IMG/VR virus record: IMGVR_UViG_3300034101_003554
Location: 32,001 to 96,000 of that record
Source of the DNA: a virus
DNA: 64,000 nucleotides
Direction: 5' to 3' (one strand)
Shown here: positions 56,161 through 64,000 of the stretch, piece after piece
How the letters are laid out: every line of letters starts with the position of its first letter
How positions within the stretch are numbered: position 1 is the first letter of the stretch
The notes under the pieces: generated by a model
Seen by the model: the letters and a program-made list of their open reading frames with translations, nothing else
Database searches by the model: none
Told to the model about the DNA's origin: nothing
Position numbers and translations under genes: made by a program

Positions 56161-56877
56161 TTGATTTTATGTTCTTATTTCATATATTTATATTATATGA
56201 AAAGAATAGAATTAGATAAAAACGTTATTGATGAGATTATACGATTATACAACGAGGAAATGTTGGGTAGTCCATCAATATCCGAAAAATTGGGTATAAA
56301 TAGACATATTGTTTTACGAGTACTTAAAGAAAATAATATTAAGGTTGGAGTGCCTGGTCAAAAGTTTAAAGGTGGGAAATATGCTTCATATAAAAGAAAT
56401 TGTCATAAACATAAAGATAAAAAAAATGAGTATCATAAAGAATGGTCAAAACAAAATAGAAACAGACTTAATGAATACCACAAAGAGTGGAGAGAGAAGA
56501 ACATTGACAAACATAGAGAGAAAAAACGTAACTACGAAAAATACAAAAAAAGTACAGATCCAATATACAAACTAATATCTAATTTTAGAACTGCAATATA
56601 CATTGTTCTAAAAGAGAACAAATTGGATAAGTATACCAACTATTTCAATATGGTTGGGTATTCCGCATTAGATTTAAAAAAACATTTAGAAAAACAATTT
56701 ATTGATGGTATGACTTGGGACAATTATGGTGAATGGCATATTGACCATATTAAACCAATATCATTGTTTGTATTTGAAAGTGTGGATAATAAAGAGTTTA
56801 AAGAATGTTGGTCTTTGGATAATTTACAGCCAATGTGGGGTGTTGAGAATATAAAAAAAGGAAATAAACTATTTTAG
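56161..56877 (+). CDS. HNH-type homing endonuclease-like protein
   Basis: WHIDHIKP..NLQPMW..ENIKK; N-terminal HTH-like segment. Confidence 0.75.
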   Translation: MILCSYFIYLYYMKRIELDKNVIDEIIRLYNEEMLGSPSISEKLGINRHIVLRVLKENNIKVGVPGQKFKGGKYASYKRNCHKHKDKKNEYHKEWSKQNRNRLNEYHKEWREKNIDKHREKKRNYEKYKKSTDPIYKLISNFRTAIYIVLKENKLDKYTNYFNMVGYSALDLKKHLEKQFIDGMTWDNYGEWHIDHIKPISLFVFESVDNKEFKECWSLDNLQPMWGVENIKKGNKLF

Positions 56878-56927
56878 TTTATTTTTATCCAACTAATAGA
56901 TATTTATAAAGAAAAAAATTAATCAAT

Positions 56928-58742
56928 ATGAAAAAATTATATTATTTAGATGAATCTGAGAAAGAACGAATTCTCAATATGCACAAAGACGCAACAAAAA
57001 ATAATTATTTAATTAAAAAAAATGATGATGAAAATTTAATAATTGAACGTCCATTAAAAAAAGTTCGTAATTTTCTTTTTGGTACAGGTCCATATAAAAA
57101 ATATGGTGGTGTTACTGTTGGTAGTAAAACCAAAGATTACATAACTACATTACAAACGGAATTATCTAATAAATTAAATAGTTATTTAGATAATGGTGAT
57201 ATCTATATTGCCACAAAAAGAATTAAAGGTTCTGATAGTCCTGAGATGATAGAATGGAGAACAGAACTTATAGACTTGAAAAACGAAATTATAACTCTTC
57301 AAAGAAAGTTAAGAGACGAAAAAATGGAGTTAAGCATAAGTGATAAAGCAACAGAGAAAAAGAACCTTAAGATTAAAATTTCACTTTATGAGGATCAGTT
57401 AATTGAAACTCAAAAAAGAGCCGTTGAATTAGAAAAAAATATTCTAAATTATAATACAATGAAACATGAAATCTATGGTGTTCAAGATGTTAAAATAATT
57501 ACTTTAGAGCAATTAAAACAAATAATTGATAAAAATGTTCAAAAAATCGACTTGGATGAAAATGAGGAAGAAATTCTTGCTTATTTGTTTGAAAAAGAAG
57601 CAAATATAATAAATCCAAACGAAATTAAAATATCCGGTGATTATTATGTCCCTATAGACTCAAGTAAAAAAATATCAAAATTAAATCCTAGTACAGACCC
57701 AGATTTTATAGATAAGTTTAAAAAAACTGCACCTAGTTATCGTGCTCACCCTAAAAGTGTAGGGAATAGAAAATTAGCTAGATGGGCAAAAAAACATCCA
57801 GTGCGTGCAATTATTTGGAGTTTAGCGATTATATCAAAAATTGGAATTATTCTTTGGTATTTTTATACATCAGCAGAAATGTTTGGTAAGTCAATTGCAG
57901 CCTCATTTGATGGGTTTAAAAAAACTACGGATGGTGAAGGAGCTGATATGTATTTAGAAGAAATGTGTGGAGTACTACAAAATGACCCAAGTATTGGAAA
58001 ATGGGTTGGGGATGATAAGAGTAAAAATAATTATGCTTTTTTAAAAGGAATTTTACCTAATATTGATAAAAATCAGTTTAAAGAACAATTAAATAGAAGA
58101 TTTTTAATTCCCGCTAACATTTGTAAGTGTGTTGCAACTTCTAAAAACGAGGGAAAAGAAGGTGGAATCAACACAATTATTTATAATAAAAATAAAGATT
58201 TGTTTGACATTATGAAAAAACATATAACTTTTGTTATGAACGATTCTGTCAGCGGTAATCAATTAAAAAGAGCTTGGGATGAGTTATCTAAAAAACAAAT
58301 TGTAACTACTTTTAAAAATAAACAATATGGTCTTGGTGTGGATAAAGGTACTGATGTATCAATTTCAGGAGCTGAAGCTATAAGATATGCAAGGTTAGAT
58401 GATGTAACCGATCCAGTTTGTAAACAGAATTTTTTAAATGTTTTTACCGAAGGAAATAATTTTGATGTAAAATTACTTGGGGTGTTCTCACATGATGGTA
58501 AAATTTATCAAGAGACAACCTGGAATAAGGCATTAGTACCTGTTTTAATTTATCAAGCTTATGATGAAAATTATAATAAAAAATGGTATTTAGGTTGTAA
58601 GGTTATTAGTGAAGAAATTTTTGAAAAAGTACAAGAAATAAATAGACTTGTTAATTCTAATATTTATAAGGATGAGTTTGAAGCAAAAGCAAAAGAATTT
58701 CAGGCTAAGGCGGATACAATTATTTCTATGATACAAAGATAA
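56928..58742 (+). CDS. hypothetical late protein with TM segment
   Basis: MKKLYYLDESEKERILNMH N-terminus. Confidence 0.7.
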   Translation: MKKLYYLDESEKERILNMHKDATKNNYLIKKNDDENLIIERPLKKVRNFLFGTGPYKKYGGVTVGSKTKDYITTLQTELSNKLNSYLDNGDIYIATKRIKGSDSPEMIEWRTELIDLKNEIITLQRKLRDEKMELSISDKATEKKNLKIKISLYEDQLIETQKRAVELEKNILNYNTMKHEIYGVQDVKIITLEQLKQIIDKNVQKIDLDENEEEILAYLFEKEANIINPNEIKISGDYYVPIDSSKKISKLNPSTDPDFIDKFKKTAPSYRAHPKSVGNRKLARWAKKHPVRAIIWSLAIISKIGIILWYFYTSAEMFGKSIAASFDGFKKTTDGEGADMYLEEMCGVLQNDPSIGKWVGDDKSKNNYAFLKGILPNIDKNQFKEQLNRRFLIPANICKCVATSKNEGKEGGINTIIYNKNKDLFDIMKKHITFVMNDSVSGNQLKRAWDELSKKQIVTTFKNKQYGLGVDKGTDVSISGAEAIRYARLDDVTDPVCKQNFLNVFTEGNNFDVKLLGVFSHDGKIYQETTWNKALVPVLIYQAYDENYNKKWYLGCKVISEEIFEKVQEINRLVNSNIYKDEFEAKAKEFQAKADTIISMIQR

Positions 58743-58788
58743 AATAAGTAATGATATTGGTAGTATTACTTACGTAAGTAAATGAAAG

Positions 58789-58998
58789 TTATGATAAACT
58801 TAAAACTCTAATACTTTTTGATATTATTTCAGCTTCGGCTAATGAAAAAGTACCTTCGTGGTAAGCATGTTTAACCGCTTGTACTAAAAAATAAATTGAG
58901 GAATCTTTATCTAATGTCTGGAGTAGTACATCTAGGTGGTTTTCGGATAGTAATGTTACGGTATTGAATAGTTTTCCATATATTTTTTCTTCTTCCAT
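58789..58998 (-). CDS. hypothetical protein
   Basis: 69 aa ORF. Confidence 0.6.
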   Translation of the reverse strand: MEEEKIYGKLFNTVTLLSENHLDVLLQTLDKDSSIYFLVQAVKHAYHEGTFSLAEAEIISKSIRVLSLS

Positions 58999-59012
58999 AA
59001 TTTTTTATTAGA

Positions 59013-59906
59013 ATGATAAATAAAATAAAAGATATAGTCAAACAAATTTTAAAAGAGGCTACAAGTAATTTAACAGGTAGTAGAGGTTCGTTTGTACCCC
59101 CACTTAGACAAGGTAAAAAAAATTTTGAGAAAACTCAATTAGACCCATATAGTGAGTCTGTATCAAAGTATTATAGTCAAGAATTAGCGACAGATAGTTA
59201 TGATGGTAAAATGTCAACATCCAAGAAGGACATCAAAAAAATTGAATCTAAGGTAAAAAAAACTTCAATCTATGCCAAGAATCATCCAGTGCAGAATGAT
59301 GACGATGGTGAGGTAATTAACCCCTATCCAAAGGGTAAATCAAAGAAAATAAATGAGGCGACATTTGGATATGGTGGGGAATATAATGCACCACTTGAGA
59401 TTGGGATGAAAAAATGGAAAAACCCTGAATTACAACCATTTTCAGATTTTGTTGATACTGAAGCAAATATAAATAAAGTTAAGTCAACAACCAAAAACAA
59501 TATAAGAAGAACTGTTGGAATGTGGGAGAAAGGGAAGGATGGTAGTTATAAAATTGATAAACATTATGTCCATACGGTTAATGAGTGGGATTATGAAGAA
59601 GCTCCAATATTAACTGAAGATTTGGCTGTATGGTTTGGAACAAAGAAAAAACCCAAGGGGTCATCACAACCAAAAGGACCTTGGGTTAATATCTGTAAAA
59701 AGGTAGATGGAAAACATCCCCCTTGTGGAAGGAGTGAGGCAGATACCAAGAGTTACCCCAAATGTAGGGCAGCAGGAGTTGCTGGTAAGATGTCAGATTC
59801 TGAGAAGAAATCGGCTTGCGCTCAGAAACGTAGGGCTGAAAAGAAAGACCCCAAAATTGGTACTGGTAACAAACCAACAATGACTTCTTATAAACCTAAG
59901 AAATAA
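59013..59906 (+). CDS. hypothetical protein with basic Cys-containing C-domain
   Basis: PPCGRS..YPKCR motif. Confidence 0.7.
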   Translation: MINKIKDIVKQILKEATSNLTGSRGSFVPPLRQGKKNFEKTQLDPYSESVSKYYSQELATDSYDGKMSTSKKDIKKIESKVKKTSIYAKNHPVQNDDDGEVINPYPKGKSKKINEATFGYGGEYNAPLEIGMKKWKNPELQPFSDFVDTEANINKVKSTTKNNIRRTVGMWEKGKDGSYKIDKHYVHTVNEWDYEEAPILTEDLAVWFGTKKKPKGSSQPKGPWVNICKKVDGKHPPCGRSEADTKSYPKCRAAGVAGKMSDSEKKSACAQKRRAEKKDPKIGTGNKPTMTSYKPKK

Positions 59907-60320
59907 TTATTGTTTTATTTTATTAAGTATCACATCCAATGAGTGAACAATTTGTGACATAATTTCATCTTCATCTTTTTGACGTATTGTTTCAACTTTT
60001 TCATCATACATTTTTGTGAACCTATCATAATTTCTATCACTTATAACTATATCGTGATGATGAACGTGGTTCGTTATGCTTAATAATCTTCCATCCAATA
60101 TTAAAAATAACCCCAAAGTTTTATTTATGATATATCTTTTTTTGCTTAAAAAAGTAAGTCGAAAACTAGAATCTGGATGTAGAATCAATAATCTTGCAAT
60201 TGACATACATTTTTTTTGAGTCTCGGAGACTTTGTCATAATCTGGGTTATTCATTTTTCTATTGAAAAGAACCCATTTAACGTAAGCACGTTTTAAAAAC
60301 CTTTTTATAAATTTTTTCAT
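59907..60320 (-). CDS. hypothetical protein
   Basis: 137 aa ORF. Confidence 0.65.
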   Translation of the reverse strand: MKKFIKRFLKRAYVKWVLFNRKMNNPDYDKVSETQKKCMSIARLLILHPDSSFRLTFLSKKRYIINKTLGLFLILDGRLLSITNHVHHHDIVISDRNYDRFTKMYDEKVETIRQKDEDEIMSQIVHSLDVILNKIKQ

Positions 60321-60423
60321 AAGATGTTATTTTTTGATTCATCACAAAGATAAAAAGGTTTTCTTATTAAAACAAAAAAAGGTAGAATATTTTTCTACCT
60401 TTTTTATATGAAAAAAATAGTAA

Positions 60424-60894
60424 TTAACAATAAGGTGGTGAACATTTCTTTTTACCATCTAATCCCTTGAATCTACCCTGACACACTTGTACAGCAAACG
60501 CATTAGAATATGCTGAGGGATAGACCTTATATTTAGCTTTTGCAGCTTTATATCCTCTTGAACATAATTCAGTTCCAGTTTTCTTTTTTCCCTCCATCAT
60601 AACCACATCTTCTTCCTCATCATAGAATTCATCAGAATGTTTAGTTTCATTCATCATAAAGTCAAATACTTGGTCTAGGTTTTCTTTTGCCGTTGCAATA
60701 TGGTCATCAGCCCAATCGTGACCACCTTGAAGTATTTTTTCAACTTGCATTGGGTCTAATTCTAATAACAATTGTGCTTGTCTTATCATTTGTTCAAGAT
60801 TACTGAAAAACATATAGTTTTGTACTTTTCCATAATCTTTTTCGTTAACTATTTTTTTAACTAGATTGTTAAGTTGTGATTCTGTAATTCTCAT
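60424..60894 (-). CDS. hypothetical protein
   Basis: MRITESQL N-terminus; AKAKYKVYPSAY motif. Confidence 0.7.
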   Translation of the reverse strand: MRITESQLNNLVKKIVNEKDYGKVQNYMFFSNLEQMIRQAQLLLELDPMQVEKILQGGHDWADDHIATAKENLDQVFDFMMNETKHSDEFYDEEEDVVMMEGKKKTGTELCSRGYKAAKAKYKVYPSAYSNAFAVQVCQGRFKGLDGKKKCSPPYC

Positions 60895-60899
60895 ATAAT

Positions 60900-61082
60900 T
60901 TAATTGTTTAAACCATTAATTCCACCCAATGTGATTGCATTTAGTTGAATAACAACATTATTTTGTCCATCAGTCCAAATTGGATGTGGGGGAATGATTT
61001 CTTGAGTTGTACCACTACAAATTTCACATATAATAACTTCTGTATTTGCACTAGTACCTGTTGGATAAAAATAATTTGACAT
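60900..61082 (-). CDS. small hypothetical protein
   Basis: 60 aa after late motif. Confidence 0.6.
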   Translation of the reverse strand: MSNYFYPTGTSANTEVIICEICSGTTQEIIPPHPIWTDGQNNVVIQLNAITLGGINGLNN

Positions 61083-61109
61083 AATGTTTTATTTATAAAT
61101 ATTTACTTT

Positions 61110-62576
61110 TTATTTATAGTTCACAATTTGGAACTTTATTTGTCTTTTATATGTGTTAACCTCCCCACTACTTTCAACTTTAATATCAATATAATATTCA
61201 TTTGGAATTTTATCTCTTGTATCAAAGATGAAATAGTATTCATTAGGAGTTCTATTAATTTGAGTCCAATCTTGAACTTGAACTTCAGTTTGTCCTTCTC
61301 TTACATATACACGATAATAAGCACTTACTTTTGGTAATAATTTATTTGTTGTATAAGCTTGTTTAATAATAACACCAACTTTTCTTATATCGGTATTAAA
61401 TATTTTTTCATCTTGTTTAATTCCATAATAATCAAATCCATATATTTTGGGGTCAATTGAATTTGTACCTATAGTAAATCCATTTTTAAATGGTTGTAAT
61501 GTAAAATCATTAAGTACATTAGGTAATGGAAATCCGTTATAAGTTAATCCGGTCCATTTATCTGAGAATGTACAAGGTGTTTTATACCCAATAAGTGGGG
61601 GAATAGTTACTTCATACACCCCTTGAGTTTTTTGACAACCAGTTAGACCTGATAAACTTGGTATAACATTTCCACTATTGTCAAGGATTGCTACACTTGG
61701 TAAGTTGTCTAAATTTATTGGGTTACCATCTTCATATAAATAAAGATATAACTTATTAACTTTTCCTAAAGTAAAATTATTTCTATCGTCTTCTATTAAA
61801 TCATCATATGATGTCTCCAAATAAGGTTCATAAAATGTTTGTGTATGTCTAGTAAAGAATTGAACTTCATATGTATCTGACGCACCAATTAATAATTCCA
61901 ACTGAGGTTTATAAGCAATAATCCAACCTGTAACTCCACTTAATGAACCATTTATAATTGTGTTTATTTCATTTGTCATATCAAATTCAATATTTTCATC
62001 ACCAAATTCAAAATGTTGTGTATCAACAATAGTTAATGCGGAGTATGGATAAGACCCTATATTATTATTGTTATAAATCCCAGGTTCAGTCCAAGTATCA
62101 ATTGTTGTTGTTTGATACCAATTTGATGGTCTATCTGAAAAATTTCTATCAATTGTGTTTAATTCATAAACTAAATTTCCGTAATCATAACCAACACCTT
62201 CATCCCACATTTGAGGGATTGATTCGTCAAAATCAATTGGTGGAATTCGTAATAAAACCAAATCAAAGGATGTTGCACGTTTTCTACTTTGAGATGTGGA
62301 AGTATTTAATAATTCTTTGTTAAATGTAGAAGTATTTGTCATTCTTAATGTATGTTTAACATTTAAAGAACAATCTAAAGATATAATTTTGTTATTATAT
62401 TTTTCTTTTAATAAATCTAAATTAAGATTAAAAATAAATCTACTAAATCCATTTGGGTATGGTGAAATTGGGGTATTACCATAAAAAAGTTCTGTCACAG
62501 GATTTCTCCCTGTATTGACAGAACTTTGAAAAATAATTGTATTATTTTTATTGAAATATGAATTATTGATTGACAT
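61110..62576 (-). CDS. putative virion structural protein
   Basis: beta-rich 488 aa, late motif upstream. Confidence 0.65.
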   Translation of the reverse strand: MSINNSYFNKNNTIIFQSSVNTGRNPVTELFYGNTPISPYPNGFSRFIFNLNLDLLKEKYNNKIISLDCSLNVKHTLRMTNTSTFNKELLNTSTSQSRKRATSFDLVLLRIPPIDFDESIPQMWDEGVGYDYGNLVYELNTIDRNFSDRPSNWYQTTTIDTWTEPGIYNNNNIGSYPYSALTIVDTQHFEFGDENIEFDMTNEINTIINGSLSGVTGWIIAYKPQLELLIGASDTYEVQFFTRHTQTFYEPYLETSYDDLIEDDRNNFTLGKVNKLYLYLYEDGNPINLDNLPSVAILDNSGNVIPSLSGLTGCQKTQGVYEVTIPPLIGYKTPCTFSDKWTGLTYNGFPLPNVLNDFTLQPFKNGFTIGTNSIDPKIYGFDYYGIKQDEKIFNTDIRKVGVIIKQAYTTNKLLPKVSAYYRVYVREGQTEVQVQDWTQINRTPNEYYFIFDTRDKIPNEYYIDIKVESSGEVNTYKRQIKFQIVNYK

Positions 62577-62599
62577 TGATTCTCTTTAATCAATAAATA

Positions 62600-63817
62600 T
62601 CAATTAATTCTAATATTTTGATTTAATATACTATTTTCAGCATTTGATAATAAAATCTCAATTTCAGCTGAGGATTGTCCATTTCCAGATGCGATTGGTA
62701 CTGGTGGCAAAGTTGCTATTGGGTGAACGTGTCCAGTTATAAATGCCATCATTTTTCTTAATAATATTATCAATTGATCACCTCTAACCGTTGGGTAGGT
62801 TTGAATTTCAATATTTTCGTTAGGCTTGGTAAATAAATTTTGTTCTAATCCATATATTGATGTACCTAAATCAAGTTTACCATTTGGTCCTACAGAATCA
62901 TGTGATAATAAATAAATTTTTTGTGCACCAACAATACCATAAGTTATTGGGGCGTCTACAATATCTTGTGGTGTGGATTCAATGGTTTTAAATTGAGCTG
63001 GAATACCAATAACAGGACTTCCATTATTATTACCTGAAACCAAAAAAAATCCACTTTTATTAATACCCCTATCAAGAATAATTTTACTATAAAAATTAAT
63101 ATAGTTATTTAATTGAGCTAAATCATTTTCATCATTTAGCTGAAGTAAGTTTCCTTTTCTATATGTTTGGTCTGATGGTGTAACAATAAATGGAAATACA
63201 TTTTGATTAAAAATATTTTTTATAAAGTTATTAATTAGAATAACTACGTCATCAAAACTTTTACCAATAAAAGTTTCACCAATACCAGTTTCTTTGTAAT
63301 CAATTCCAATACTTAAGTTTGATATTGTGTTAATTGAAAAATTTTTAGTGTTAATTAAATCACTATTTGGTATTATATCATATAATTTAACATATCCTGT
63401 ATAATTAATTAAACTTTCTAAATTTTCAATATGCCAAACTATCATTTTTTTTACAGCTAAAACTGGAAATTCTTGTATTATTTCACTTTTAGTCGGTAAG
63501 TCTACTACAGTTTGAGTGAAATTAGACAATTGAATGAATGCTTGTTTATTATTAGCTTTAGGAAATTTATTTTGATTTAATAAATTTGTTTTTCCAGCAC
63601 GTATTAAAACTTCATCAGATTTTAAGACAAGGTCAGTAGAACCTCTACCTAATATTGCATTATCTCCAGGTTCAGGGAATACACCTTTAGACACAGCTTC
63701 ATTATATTCATTATTTGAATCTTTCAAAGCTATTGAAGCTTTAAATATGTCACCACTTGCCAAATATTTCATTGCTGGTAAGTAGTGTTCACCTTTTAAA
63801 TTCATTGGAGATGACAA
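62600..63817 (-). CDS. putative baseplate hub/spike-related protein (probably starts beyond the window)
   Basis: PEPGDNAILGRG, VRGDQL..HVHP; frame appears open toward the window end. Confidence 0.55.
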   Translation of the reverse strand: MSSPMNLKGEHYLPAMKYLASGDIFKASIALKDSNNEYNEAVSKGVFPEPGDNAILGRGSTDLVLKSDEVLIRAGKTNLLNQNKFPKANNKQAFIQLSNFTQTVVDLPTKSEIIQEFPVLAVKKMIVWHIENLESLINYTGYVKLYDIIPNSDLINTKNFSINTISNLSIGIDYKETGIGETFIGKSFDDVVILINNFIKNIFNQNVFPFIVTPSDQTYRKGNLLQLNDENDLAQLNNYINFYSKIILDRGINKSGFFLVSGNNNGSPVIGIPAQFKTIESTPQDIVDAPITYGIVGAQKIYLLSHDSVGPNGKLDLGTSIYGLEQNLFTKPNENIEIQTYPTVRGDQLIILLRKMMAFITGHVHPIATLPPVPIASGNGQSSAEIEILLSNAENSILNQNIRIN

Positions 63818-64000
63818 TAACCCAGGAATATAAAATTGGTTTTGGAATTTAAATTTTTTGTTTTGATAAATTATATGAACATATTCATCTTTTTCTTTTG
63901 GTACAAAATAACAATAATAAGGTAATAATGGTAAAAAAATGAATGGGTCATTTGATTTCCATTTGTCAGTATCTTCGTTGAAGTTATTAGCTTTTTTTAC

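Noticed and set aside
1-64000. Stop-codon reassignment
   Set aside because: Core genes are intact in the standard code, TAG/TGA end genes normally, and no suppressor tRNA was seen

Overview
AT-rich segment of a large T4-like (myovirus-type) phage genome. The host is most likely a Bacteroidetes, from repeated TTTG-N20-TAnnTTTG promoters and a phage bS21 gene among the head genes. The genetic code is standard. 1-10.2 kb holds late/accessory genes: an SGNH-PG-binding-lytic transglycosylase fusion, GMP reductase, an HNH nuclease and a DUF2828 TROVE/vWA-like protein. 10.2-26.7 kb is an RNA-rich island with 25 tRNAs covering all 20 amino acids, including a tRNA-Leu(UAA) split by a group I intron. 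The island also has nine tRNA-shaped elements whose anticodon arm is replaced by variable cargo, two leader-peptide/terminator attenuator-like units in front of tRNA clusters, three copies of a structured motif behind the DUF2828 gene, and several orphan structured RNAs. 27-31.5 kb encodes RNA/DNA repair-type enzymes (cyclic-phosphate receiver domain, HD hydrolase, DenV-like, Rnl5-type ligase). 34-41.8 kb holds tmRNA, a peptidase, a ClpC-like ATPase, a UVR-motif protein, a KTSC protein and an NTase-M23 fusion. 46-56 kb is the head module (terminase, portal, bS21, prohead protease, scaffold, major capsid), followed by further virion genes. The best candidates for an undescribed system are the tRNA-scaffold RNA family, the translation-sensing attenuators controlling tRNA clusters, and the DUF2828-linked RNA motif. 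All annotations were made by eye from motifs and base-pairing; no searches were run.
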